A stretch of 64,000 nucleotides of DNA, from positions 16,504,719 to 16,568,718 of the forward strand of contig NC_092379.1 in assembly GCF_030028105.1 (NCBI RefSeq). The letters are read 5' to 3'. The position numbers were made by a program, and so were the translations under genes. Source of the stretch: Mobula birostris. Taxonomy: Eukaryota. The notes beneath the pieces were generated by a model that saw only the letters and a list, made by a program, of their open reading frames with translations, was not told where the DNA came from and searched no databases. The first letter of the stretch is position 1, and each line of letters begins with the position of its first letter. Below are positions 36,590 through 48,250 of this stretch, one piece after another.

Positions 36590-37787
36590 TGTGCACGGTG
36601 CTCCAGGAGTGGGTCCAACCCAGGGATATAAAAACAGGAAGTGAGAACAGTGTTTCCTGGTGTGGGTCTGACCCAGGGATACGGAGATGGGAGCCGTGCA
36701 CGGTGCTCCCGGTGTGGGTCTGACCCAGGGATACGGAGACGGGCCCATGCACGGTGCTCCCGGTGTGGGTCTGACCCAGAGATACGGAGATGGGAACTGT
36801 GTACGTTGCTCCCGGTGTGGGTCTGACCCAGCGATACGGAAACGGGAACTGTGCACGGTGCTTCCGGTGTGGGTCTGACCCACGGATACGGAGACTGGAA
36901 CTGTTCACGGTGCTCCCGGTGTGGGTCTGACCCAGGGATACGGAGACGGGAACTGTGCACGGTGCTCCCGGTGTGGGTCTGACCCAGGGATACGGAGACG
37001 GGAACTGTGCACGCTGCTTCCGGTGTAGGTCTGACCCAGGGATACGGAGACGGGAACTGTGCACAGTGCTCCCGGTGTGGGTCTGACCCAGGGATACGGA
37101 GACGGGAACTGTGCACGGTGCTCCCGGTGTGGGTCTGACCCAGGGATACGGAGACGGGAACTGTGCACGGTGCTCCCGGTGTGGGTCTGACCCAGGGATA
37201 CGGATTCGGGAACCGTGCACGGTGCTCCCGGTGTGGGTCTGACCCAGGGATACGGATTCGGGAACCGTGCACGGTGCTCCCGGTGTGGGTCTGACCCAGG
37301 GATACGGAGATGGGAACCATGCACGGTGCTCCCGGTGTGGGTCTGACCCAGGGATACGGAGGCGGGAACCGTGCACGGTGCTCCCGGTGTGGGTCTGACC
37401 CAGGGATACGGAGGCGGGAACTGTGCACGGTGCTTCCGGTGTGGGTCTGACCCGGGGATACGGAGGCGGGAACTGTGCACGGTGCTTCCGGTGTGGGTCT
37501 GACCCAGGGATACGGAGACGGGAACTGTGCACAGTGCTCCCGGTGTGGGTCTGACCCAGGGATACGGATTTGGGAACCGTGCACGGTGCTCCCGGTGTGG
37601 GTCTGACCCAGGGATACGGAGACGGGAACTGTGCACGGTGCTCCCGGTGTGGGTCTGACCCAGGGATACGGAGACGGGAACTGTGCACGGTGCTCCCGGT
37701 GTGGGTCTGACCCAGGGATACGGATTTGGGAACCGTGAACGGTGCTCCCGGTGTGGGTCTGACCCAGGGATACGGAGACGGGAACGG
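36590..37787. repeat. 52-bp minisatellite (~23 units) upstream of the TM exon; further arrays at ~40655-41400, 42705-43815, 45130-45245 and 46250-47040
   Basis: Unit GGGAACTGTGCACGGTGCTCCCGGTGTGGGTCTGACCCAGGGATACGGAGAC. Confidence 0.95.
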
Positions 37788-37789
37788 TT

Positions 37790-38820
37790 TATAGAGGGCC
37801 CATGGTATTACAGGGAAGATTCTAGCATGGATAAAGCAGTGGCTGATTGGCAGGAGGCAAAGAGTGGGAACAACAGAAGCCTTTTCTGATTGGCTGCGGG
37901 TGACTAGTGGTGTTCCTCAGGTTTCTGCGTCGGGACCGATTATTTTTACGTTATATGTCGATGTTTTGAATGGTGGAATTGTTGGCTTTGTTCCAAAGCT
38001 TGTAGACAATATGAAAACAGGTAGAGGAGCAAGTAGTTTTGAGAAGGTAGAGAGGTTACAGAAAGACTTAGACAGATTAGGAGAATGGGCAAAGAAACGT
38101 CAGACGGAATACAGTGTCGGGAAGTGTATGGTCATGCATTTTAGAAGAAATGAAACGGTTAACTATTTTCTAAATGGAGAGACAATAGAAAACACAGAGG
38201 CGCAGAGGGACTTGGGAGACCTTGTGCAGGATTCCCTGAAGGTTAATTTGCAGGTTGAGTCTGAGGTGAGGAAGGCAAATGCAATGTTAGCATTCATTTC
38301 AAGAGGACGAGAATATAAAAGCAAGAATGTAATGTTGAGACTTTATAAAGCATTGGTGAGGCCTCACTTGGAGTGTTGTGAGCAGTTTTGGGCTCCATCT
38401 CTCAGAAAGGATGTGCTGAAACCAGAGAGGGTTCAAAGGAGCTTCATGAAAAATTTTCCAGGATTGAATGACTTGTCATATGAAGAACGTTTGATGGCTC
38501 AGAACCTGAATTCACTAAAATTCATAAAATGAGGGGTGACCTCATTGAAACCTATTGAATGGTGAAAGGCCTTGATAGAGTGGATGTGGAGAGGATGTTT
38601 CCTATGATGGAGAGTTTAAAACCAGAGGACACAGCCTCAGAATAGAGGGGATGAGGAGGAATTTCTTTAGCCAGAGAGTGGTGAATCTGTGGAATTCTTT
38701 GCCACAGGCATGTGTGGAGGTTAAGTCTTTATGCAAGTTTAAGGCAGAGGTTGATAGATCCTTGACTGGTCGAGGCATGCAGGGAAATTGAGAGAAAGCA
38801 GGAGATTGCGGCTGAGGGGA
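37790..38820 (+). mobile_element. CR1 RT 3' half
   Basis: ORF 37864-38532: VTSGVPQVSASGP...RPHLECCEQFWAP, then a CR1 UTR. Confidence 0.9.
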
Positions 38821-38842
38821 TCAGGCGTAATCAAACTGTGGA

Positions 38843-39050
38843 GCAGGGGCCGGCTGGTGGCGCAGGACCTGGGAGTGGAGGTTCCCGGGTTCGAATCTAG
38901 TCGGGTCCGCTCCCGAGTACGCTTTCCATCCGTGCCGGGTTGAGTGTCGAGACCACAACTCGACCTCGTAAAATAAAGGGAAAAATACCGCGAAAATGTC
39001 AGTGTGAGGAGTGGCGCGCCACGCAGTCTCTCTCTCGCTCAGCGCCTTGT
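38843..39050 (+). mobile_element. tRNA-derived SINE
   Basis: GGCCGGCTGGTGGCGCAG head and B box GGTTCGAATC. Confidence 0.6.
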
Positions 39051-39051
39051 G

Positions 39052-39492
39052 GTTCGTCCATCGTCGTCGACGAAGACCCTCGACACCATTCGTCACCTTG
39101 AGACTGTGTCGGAAGATGAGTAGTCAGGAATGTCCTGGCACATGTTGGGCAGACATGTGTAGGCACTGCAGTTGTTGCGCTGGTGGCTCTGGACTCGCGC
39201 AGTTCGTGCTTATGTTGTGCTTCAGCAGTGCGCCTTGCTTCGTAAGCTTGACAGCCCTTGTGGGTGAGGCCGCGCCAGGTAGGGCGGTTTTGTGCCAGTG
39301 TTTCCCAAGAGCTCGTGTCTATGTCAAGCGACTTCGGGGAGGCCTTTAGTGCGTCTTTGTAACATTTCTTCTGCTCTCCATGCGAGCGTCTTCCAGCAGA
39401 GAGTTCCCCACAAAGGAGCTGCTCGGGTGCGCTCGCCCGGCATGCGGATGACAGCGCCTTGTAACAGCCATGAAGAAGACAACATCACGAAC
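39052..39492 (-). mobile_element. 5'-truncated RTE-type LINE 3' end abutting the truncated C1 exon
   Basis: Minus frame HVCPTCARTF (RTE-type C-terminal Cys motif). The 3' end GTCGACGACGATGGACGAAC resembles the RTE-like end at ~50426-50470. Confidence 0.6.
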
Positions 39493-39742
39493 GCCCCCGA
39501 GCTCCAGCGTGATCGAGGGGTGTTCAGCGTGCTGATGGCGAGGTAGGTGCCGTCGGGGGTTCTCACCGGCTCCGTGTTCCGCACTCCTGAGGTCACCGGC
39601 CTCCCCTCCACCTCCCAGCCGAAGGAGACCGATGCCGGATACAATCCGGTGGCCCCACAGGTGAGCGTGACGCTGGCTCCGTCCCCAGAGGGGGTCTCGG
39701 GGGGCCGCAGCAAGAATGTGACTGGCGGCTGTGGGGCTGGAA
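39493..39742 (-). pseudogene. C1-set exon copy b5, truncated (last 68 nt and donor missing)
   Basis: Matches the other copies up to WSSGA, then switches to RTE sequence. It lacks the second Cys. GFYP is changed to GLYP. Confidence 0.85.
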
Positions 39743-40067
39743 CTGAGAGAGAGGATGCGGTCACGCATCAAACCGTGCCTGTCGTTCCCTGCGGGAGTGG
39801 GAATTCAGCCGGGGATCAGAAACTATACAGGGACAGGGGTGGGGGAGTTGAGAGGGAGACTCAAAGACAGGGAGAGAGGTAGAGAAGGGAGGGGTCACAT
39901 ACACGAGGAATGGCAGAGGAGAGAGTCGGGGAGGAAGATGGGGAAGTGTGAGGGGGGGAGCTTTCCTGGCACTTACCAACTGTTGTCAAGTCCATCTCCA
40001 TGGCTTCTGTTGTTAATGGTGTTGTTAAGGATTGGTGCGAGGCTGGAGAGGAGACACAATTATAGGA

Positions 40068-40575
40068 AAGATGTCAATAAAATTGAGAGAGTACAGAGAA
40101 GATTTACTAGAATGTTACCTGGTTTTCATCACCTAAGTTACAGAGAAAGGTTGAACAAGTTGGGTCTTTATTCTTTGGAACGTAGAAGGTTGAGGGGGGA
40201 CTTGATAGAGGTATTTAAAATTATGAGGGGAATAGACAGAGTTGACGTGGACAGGCTTTTTCCATTGAGACTGGGGGAGATTCAAACAAGAGGACATGAG
40301 TTGAGAGTTAAAGGGCAAAAGTTTAGGGGTAACATGAGGGGGAACTTCTTTACTCAGAGAGTGGTGGCTGTGTGGAACGAGCTTCCAGCAGAAGTGGTTG
40401 AAGCAGGTTCGATGTTGTCGTTTAAAGTTAAATTGGATAGATGTATGGACAGGAAAGGAATGGAGGGTTATGGGCTGAGTGCAGGTCGGTGGGACTAGGT
40501 GGGAGTAAGAGTTCGGCACGGACTAGAAGGGCCGAGATGGTCTGTTTCCGTGCTGTAGTTGTTATATGGTTATAC
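40068..40575 (+). mobile_element. CR1 3' fragment co-duplicated with the C1 unit (copies at ~42108-42625 and ~44528-45045)
   Basis: The three copies share the same 5' truncation point (AATTATAGGAAAG) and flanks. The fragment is absent from the equivalent site near 46165. Confidence 0.9.
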
Positions 40576-41480
40576 ACACATGACTGGATCCCAATCTGGA
40601 ACAGGAATATTCATCCACGTGTTACTCCCTGGTTGTGCTGTAGGTTCCCTCACTGATCCGATGCGGGTCTGACCCAGGGATACAGAGACAGGAACTGTGC
40701 ACAGTATTCCCAGTGTAGGTCAGACACAGGGAGTCGGAGATGGAAACTGTGTACAATGATTCCAGTGTGTGTCTGACCCTGGGATACGGAGATGGGAACT
40801 ATGCATGGTCCTCCCGGCGTGTGTCTGACCCAGGGATATGGAGACAGGAACTGTGCACGGTGTTCCCGGTGTGGGTCTGACCCAGGGATACAGAGACAGG
40901 AACTGTGCAGGGTGTTCCCGGTGTGGGTCTGACCCAGAGACACAGAGACAGGAACTATGCACGGTGCTCCCGGTGTGTGTCTGACCCAGGGATACGGAGA
41001 TGGGAACTGTGCACGGTATTCCCAGTGTAGGTCAGACACAGGAGGTCAGACATGGGAACTGTGTACAATGATTCCAGTGTGTGTCTGACCCTGGAATACG
41101 AAGATGGGAACTATGCACGGTGCTCCCGGTGTGGGTCTGACTCAGGGATACAGAGACAGGAACTATGCATGGTGCTCGTGGTGTGTGTCTGACCCAGGGA
41201 TATGGAGATGGGAACCGTGCACGGTGCTCCCGGTGTGGGTCTGACCCAGGGATACAGAGTCAGGAACTGTGCACGGTATTCCCAGTGTAGGTCAGGCACA
41301 GGGAGTCAGAGATGGGAACTGTGTACAATGATCCCAGTGTGTGTCTGACCCTGGGATACAGAGACGGGAACTGTGCACGGTATTCCCAGTGTAGGTCAGA
41401 CAGGGATTCGGAGATGTATGTGAGCTGCTGATATGTGACACCCCCCACACTCCCCCCACCCCCTGCCTCAGCCCACTCAC

Positions 41481-41798
41481 CGTAGACGTCGATGTCCTTT
41501 ATGACGGGCTGATCCAGCTGCTGGTGGCTGATCAGACACGTGTGGCGAGCCCCCGAGCTCCAGCGTGATCGAGGGGTGTTCAGCGTGCTGATGGCGAGGT
41601 AGGTGCCGTCGGGGGTTCTCACCGGCTCCATGTTCCGCACTCCTGAGGTCACCAGCCTCCCCTCCACCTCCCAGCCGAAGGAGACCGATGCCGGGTAGAA
41701 TCCCGTGGCCCCACAGGTGAGCGTGACGCTGGCTCCGTCCCCAGAGGGGGTCTCAGGGGGCCGCAGCAAGAATGTGACTGGCGGCTGTGGGGCTGGAA
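41481..41798 (-). CDS. Ig C1-set domain exon, copy b4
   Basis: 318 nt, phase 1-1, with CTCTCTCAG acceptor and GTGAGT donor. Encodes TLTCGATGFYP...W...DGTYLAISTL...WSSGARHTCLISH. Confidence 0.9.
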
Positions 41799-43897
41799 CT
41801 GAGAGAGAGGATGAGGTCACGCATCAAACTGTGCCTGTCGTTCCCTGCGGGAGTGGGAATTCAGCCGGGGATCAGAAACTATACAGGGACAGGGGTGGGG
41901 GAGTTGAGAGAGAGACTCAAAGACAGGGAGAGAGGTAGAGAAGGGAGGGGTCACATACACGGGGAATGGCAGAGGAGAGAGTCGGGGAGGAAGATAGGGA
42001 AGTGTGGGGGGAGCTTCCTGGCACTTACCGACTGTTGTCAAGTCAATCTCCATGGCTTCTGTTGTTAATGGTGTTGTTGAGGATTGGTGCGAGGCTGGTG
42101 AGGAGACACAATTATAGGAAAGATGTCAATAAAATTGAGAGAGTACAGAGAAGATTTACTAGAATGTTACCTGGGTTTCATCACCTAAGTTACAGAGAAA
42201 GGTTGAACAAGTTGGGTCTTTATTCTTTGGAACATAGAAGGTTGAGGGGGGGACTTGATAGAGGTATTTAAAATTATGAGGGGGATTGATAGAGTTGACG
42301 TGGATAGACTTTTTCAATTGAGACTGGGGGAGATTCAAACAAGAGGACATGAGTTGAGAGATAAAGGACAAAAGTTTAGGGGTAACATGAGGGGGATCTT
42401 CTTTACTCAGAGAGTGGTGGCCGTGTGGAACGAGCCTCCAGCAGAAGTGGTTGAAGCAGGTTTGATGTTGTCGTTTAAAGTTAAATTGGACAGCTATATG
42501 GACAGGAAAGGAATGGAGGATTATGGGCTGAGTGCAGGTTGGTGGGACTAGGTGGGAGTAAGAGTTCGGCACGGACTAGAAGGGCCGAGATGGCCTGTTT
42601 CCGTGCTGTAGTTGTTATATGGTTATACACACATGACTGGATCCCAATCTGGAACAGGAATATTCATCCACGTGTTACTCCCTGGTTGTGCTGTAGATTC
42701 CCTCACTGATCCGATGCGGGTCTGACCCAGGGATACAGAGACAGGAACTATGCACGGTGCTCCCGGTGTGGGTCTGACCCAGGGATACAGAGACAGGAAC
42801 TATGCATGGTGCTCCCAGTGTGTGTCTGACCCAGGGATATGGAGACGGGAACCGTGCACGGTGCTGCCGGTGTGGGTCTGACCCAGGGATACGGAGACAG
42901 GAACTGTGCAGGATGTTCCCGGTGTGGGTCTGACCCAGGGATACGGAGACGGGAACTGTGCAGGATGTTCCCGGTGTGGGTCTGACCCAGGGATACGGAG
43001 ACGGGAACTGTGCACGGTGCTCCCGGTGTGGGTCTGACCCAGGGATACGGAGACAGGAACTGTGCAGGATGTTCCCGGTGTGGGTCTGACCCAGGGATAC
43101 GGAGACGGGAACTGTGCAGGATGTTCCCGGTGTGGGTCTGACCCAGGGATACGGAGACGGGAACTGTGCACGGTGCTCCCGGTGTGGGTCTGACCCAGGG
43201 ATACGGAGACGGGAACTGTGCACGGTGCTCCCGGTGTGGGTCTGACCCAGGGATACGGAGACAGGAACTGTGCAGGATGTTCCCGGTGTGGGTCTGACCC
43301 AGGGATACAGAGACAGGAACTGTGCAGAGTGTTCCCGGTGTGGGTCTGACCCAGGGATACAAAGACAGGAACTGTGCACGGTATTCCCAGTGTAGGTCAG
43401 ACACAGGGAGTCGGAGATGGGAACTGTGTACAATGATTCCAGTGTGTGTCTGACCCTGGGATACGGAGATGGGAACTATGCATGGTCCTCCCAGTGTGGG
43501 TCTGACCCAGGGATACAGAGACAGGAACTATGCACGGTGCTCCCGATGCGGGTCTGACCCAGGGATACGAAGATGGGAACCATGCACGGTGCTCCCGGTG
43601 TGGGTCTGACCCAGGGATACAGAGACAGGAACTATGCATGGTGCTCATGGTGTGGGTCTGACCCAGGGATACAGAGTCAGGAACTGAGCACGGTATTCCC
43701 AGTGTAGGTCAGGCACAGGGAGTCAGAGATGGGAACTGTGTACAATGATTCCAGTGTGTGTCTGACCCTGGGATACAGAGACGGGAACTGTGCATGGTAT
43801 TCCCAGTGCAGGTCAGACAGGGATTCGGAGATGTATGTGAGCTGCTGATATGTGACACCCCCCACACTCCCCCCACCCCCTGCCTCAGCCCACTCAC

Positions 43898-44215
43898 CGT
43901 AGACGTCGATGTCCTTTATGACGGGCTGATCCAGCTGCTGGTGGCTGATCAGACACGTGTGGCGAGCCCCCGAGCTCCAGCGTGATCGAGGGGTGTTCAG
44001 CGTGCTGATGGCGAGGTAGGTGCCGTCGGGGGTTCTCACCGGCTCCGTGTTCCGCACTCCTGAGGTCACCAGCCTCCCCTCCACCTCCCAGCCGAAGGAG
44101 ACCGATGCCGGGTAGAATCCCGTGGCCCCACAGGTGAGCGTGACGCTGGCTCCGTCCCCGGAGGGGGTCTCGGGGGGCCGCAGCAAGAATGTGACTGGCG
44201 GCTGTGGGGCTGGAA
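43898..44215 (-). CDS. Ig C1-set domain exon, copy b3
   Basis: 318 nt, open, with the same splice sites as b4. Confidence 0.9.
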
Positions 44216-45328
44216 CTGAGAGAGAGGATGCGGTCACGCATCAAACCGTGCCTGTCGTTCCCTGCGGGAGTGGGAATTCAGCCGGGGATCAGAAACTATA
44301 CAGGGACAGGGGTGGGGGAGTTGAGAGGGAGACTCAAAAACAGGGAGAGAGGTAGAGAAGGGAGGGGTCACATACACGAGGAATGGCAGAGGAGAGAGTC
44401 GGGGAGGAAGATGGGGAAGTGTGAGGGGGGGAGCTTTCCTGGCACTTACCAACTGTTGTCAAGTCAATCTCCATGGCTTCTGTTGTTAATGGTGTTGTTA
44501 AGGATTGGTGCGAGGCTGGTGAGGAGACACAATTATAGGAAAGATGTCAATAAAATTGAGAGAGTACAGAGAAGATTTACTAGAATGTTACCTGGGTTTC
44601 ATCACCTAAGTTACAGAGAAAGGTTGAACAAGTTGGGTCTTTATTCTTTGGAACGTAGAAGGTTGGGGGGGGACTTGATAGAGGTATTTAAAATTATGAG
44701 GGGGATAGATAGAGTTGACGTGGATAGGCTTTTTCCATTGAGACTGGGGGAGATTCAAACAAGAGGACATGAGTTGAGAGTTAAAGGGCAAAAGTTTAGG
44801 GGTAACATGAGGGAGAACGTCTTTACTCAGAGAGTGGTGGCCGTGTGGAACGAGCCTCCAGCAGAAGTGGTTGAAGCAGGTTCGATGTTGTCGTTTAAAG
44901 TTAAATTGGACAGCTATATGGACAGGAAAGGAATGGAGGATTATGGGCTGAGTGCAGGTCGGTGGGACTAGGTGGGAGTAAGAGTTCGGCACGGACTAGA
45001 AGGGCCGAGATGGCCTGTTTCCGTGCTGTAGTTGTTATATGGTTATACACACATGACTGGATCCCAATCTGGAACAGGAATATTCATCCACGTGTTACTC
45101 CCTGGTTGTGCTGTAGCTTTCCTCACTGATCCGATGTGGGTCTGACCCAGGGATACAGAGACAGGAACTGTGCAGGGTGCTCCCGGTGTGGGTCTGACCC
45201 AGGGATACAGAGACAGGAACTGTGCACGGTATTCCCACTGCAGGTCAGACAGGGATTCGGAGATGTATGTGAGCTGCTGATATGTGACCCCCCCACACTC
45301 CCCCCACCCCCTGCCTCAGCCCACTCAC

Positions 45329-45646
45329 CGTAGACGTCGATGTCCTTTCTGACGGGCTGATCCAGCTGCTGGTGGCTGATCAGACACGTGTGGCGAGCCC
45401 CCGAGCTCCAGCGTGATCGAGGGGTGTTCAGCGTGCTGATGGCGAGGTAGGTGCCGTCGGGGGTTCTCACCGGCTCCATGTTCCGCACTCCTGAGGTCAC
45501 CAGCCTCCCCTCCACCTCCCAGCCGAAGGAGACCGATGCCGGGTAGAATCCCGTGGCCCCACAGGTGAGTGTGACGCTGGCTCCGTCCCCAGAGGGGGTC
45601 TCCGGGGGCCGCAGCAAGAACGTGACTGGCGGCTGTGGGGCTGGAA
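45329..45646 (-). CDS. Ig C1-set domain exon, copy b2
   Basis: 318 nt, open, with the same splice sites. Confidence 0.9.
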
Positions 45647-47123
45647 CTGAGAGAGAGGATGAGGTCACGCATCAAACCGTGCCTGTCGTTCCCTGCGGGA
45701 GTGGGAATTCAGCCGGGGATCAGAAACTGCAGAGGGTCACTGTGGAGAGGGAAGAGACTCAGAGACGGGGAGAGGTGTAGAGCAGGGAGGGGCAGCATGG
45801 GTGTTGGTCGTGGAGCTGTGAAGGGGTGTTTGAATGCAAATGAATCACGGAGACAGGGAAGTGAGGAGGACACAGACGGGCATTGTGTAAGGGAAGGAGA
45901 AGATCATAGAGGCGGGGCGGGGGCATAGGTGAGGGAGAGGGTCTCTGAGATGGGGAGGGATGTTGGGGTGGGAATGCTTTCAAAGATGGGGAAGAGCTTA
46001 GGGGTGGGAGGGCAACATCGGGATAAGGATATGTCGGGGAGGAAGATGGGGAAGTGTGGGGGGGGGGGGGAGCTTCCTGGCACTTACCGACTGTTGTTGA
46101 GTCCATCTCCATGGCTTCTGTTGTTAATGGTGTTGTTAAGGATTGGTGCGAGGCTGGAGAGGAGGCACACATGACCGGATCCCAATCTGGAACAGGAATA
46201 TTCATCCAAATATTACTGACTGGTTGTGCTGTAGGTTTCCTCACTGATCTGGTGTGGGTCTGACCCAGGGATACGGAGACGGGAACTGTGCACGGTGTTC
46301 CCGCTGTGTGTCTGACCCAGGGATACGGAGACGGGAACTGTGCACGGTGTTCCCGCTGTGTGTCTGACCCAGGGATACGGAGACGGGAACTGTGCACGGT
46401 GTTCCCGCTGTGTGTCTGACCCAGGGATACGGAGACGGGAACTGTGCACGGTGTTCCCGCTGTGTGTCTGACCCAGGGATACGGAGACGGGAACTGTGCA
46501 CGGTGCTCCCGGTGTGGGTCTGACCCAGGGATACGGAGATGGGAACTGTGCACGGTGCTCCCGGTGTGGGTCTGACCCAGGGATACGGAGACGGAAACTG
46601 GGCACGGTGCTCCTGGTGTGGGTCTGACCCAGGGATACGGAGACAGGAAATGTGCATGGTGCTCCCGGTGTAGGTCTAACCCAGGGATATGGAGACAGGA
46701 ACTGTGCACGGTGTTCCCGGTGTGCGTCTGACCCAGGGATACAGAGACGGGAACTATGCAGAGTGCTTCTGTTGTGGGTCTGACCCAGGGATACGGAGAC
46801 AGGAAATGTGCACGGTGCTCCCGTTGTGGGTCTGACCCAGGGATACGGAGACGGGAACCGTGCAGGGTGCTCCTGTTGTGGGTCTGACCCTGGGATACGG
46901 AGACGGGAACTGTGCGCGGTATTCCCAGTGTTGGTCAGGCACAGGGAGTCGGAGATGGGAACTGTGTACAATGATTCCAGTGTGTGTCTGACCCTGGGAT
47001 ACAGAGATGGGAACTGTGCATGGTATTCCCAGTGCAGGTCAGACAGGGATTCGGAGATGTATGTGAGCTGCTGATATGTGACACCCCCCACACTCCCCCC
47101 ACCCCCTGCCTCAGCCCACTCAC

Positions 47124-47441
47124 CGTGGACGTCGATGTCCTTTCTGACGGGCTGATCCAGCTGCTGGTGGCTGATCAGACACGTGTGGCGAGCCCCCGAG
47201 CTCCAGCGTGATCGAGGGGTGTTCAGCGTGCTGATGGCGAGGTAGGTGCCGTCGGGGGTTCTCACCGGCTCCGTGTTCCGCACTCCTGAGGTCACCGGCC
47301 TCCCCTCCACCTCCCAGCCGAAGGAGACCGATGCCGGGTAGAATCCCGTGGCCCCACAGGTGACTGTGACGCTGGCTCCGTCCCCAGAGGGGGTCTCCGG
47401 GGGCCGCAGCAAGAATGTGACTGGCGGCTGTGGGGCTGGAA
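47124..47441 (-). CDS. Ig C1-set domain exon, copy b1
   Basis: 318 nt, open: VPAPQPPVTFLLRPP...VTCGATGFYPASVSFGW...HTCLISHQQLDQPVRKDIDVH. Confidence 0.9.
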
Positions 47442-47713
47442 CTGAGAGAGAGGATGCGGTCACGCATCAAACCGTGCCTGTCGTTCCCTGCGGGAGTGGG
47501 AATTCAGCCGGGGATCAGAAACTATACGGGGACAGGGGTGGGGTGGAGGACGGGGCGGGGTAGGAGGCGGGGGGGGGTCACAGACATGAGGAATGGCATT
47601 GGAGAGGGTGAAAGTCATGGAGATGGGAGGGGGTGTAGGGGAGGGAGGCGATCACAGAGAAGGGACGGGCTGTGGGGTGGGGTGTGAGTGTGTTCAAGGA
47701 GACGGGCTGGGGC

Positions 47714-47833
47714 AACACTCACAACACGCTGGAGGAACTCAGCAGGTCAGGCAGCGTCCGTGGAAAACGATCAGTCAACGTTTCCACGGATGCTGCCCGA
47801 CCTGCTGAGTTCTTCCAGCGTGTTGTGAGTGTT
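47714..47833. repeat. Palindromic Penelope-terminus fragment (hairpin) in the intron between C1 a and b1
   Basis: AACACTCACAACACGCTGGAGGAACTCAGCAGGTC...GACCTGCTGAGTTCTTCCAGCGTGTTGTGAGTGTT. Confidence 0.8.
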
Positions 47834-48250
47834 GAATTGACCCCGGCACCTGCAGTGTACTTTGTGTTGCCGTGGGGCTGGGAGTGGTCGCGGTAACATG
47901 GAGGGGTGTGCTGAGGAAAAGGGTCAGTTTAACTGGGTTATCGTCGGCGAGGAGACGGGTAGGCGCATAGGAGAGGTGAGCGGTCACGAAGAGAGGAGGG
48001 AAGGAGTCACATACACAGGTAGGGGCGTGGGGCCCAGGGGTTTGCCAAGACTGTAGGATTGGGATGGGTTCACAGCGGTGGGGAGTGCAGAGGTGAGCGA
48101 GGGGTTTCACTGAGACAAGGAGGAATGGGAGTCACAGAGATGGCAACAGGTGAAGGATCGGAAGGGGGTTCATTGGAGTGCACTGACGGGATGGGGGTGA
48201 GGGCTGATATCACCCCCCCCCCCCGTCCTCTGGGGAGGCATCAGTCTTAC

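Noticed and set aside
36559-37688. Long ORFs (240-416 aa) here and at 42675-43433, 45759-47463, 51440-52254 and 58570-59351
   Set aside because: They are translations of 52-, 60- or 66-bp minisatellites that lack stop codons. The peptide period matches the DNA unit.
39731-40498. 255-aa plus-strand ORFs (also 44204-44971)
   Set aside because: They are chance read-through from antisense intron sequence into a CR1 RT C-terminal fragment.
36590-47040. Regular repeats interpreted as CRISPR arrays
   Set aside because: The units are head-to-tail with no unique spacers, the context is eukaryotic and intronic, and there are no cas genes.
36590-47040. G-rich 52-bp arrays between C exons as Ig class-switch regions
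   Set aside because: The consensus unit lacks AGCT, and a related 52-bp array sits in a PNP intron, so it is not immune-specific.
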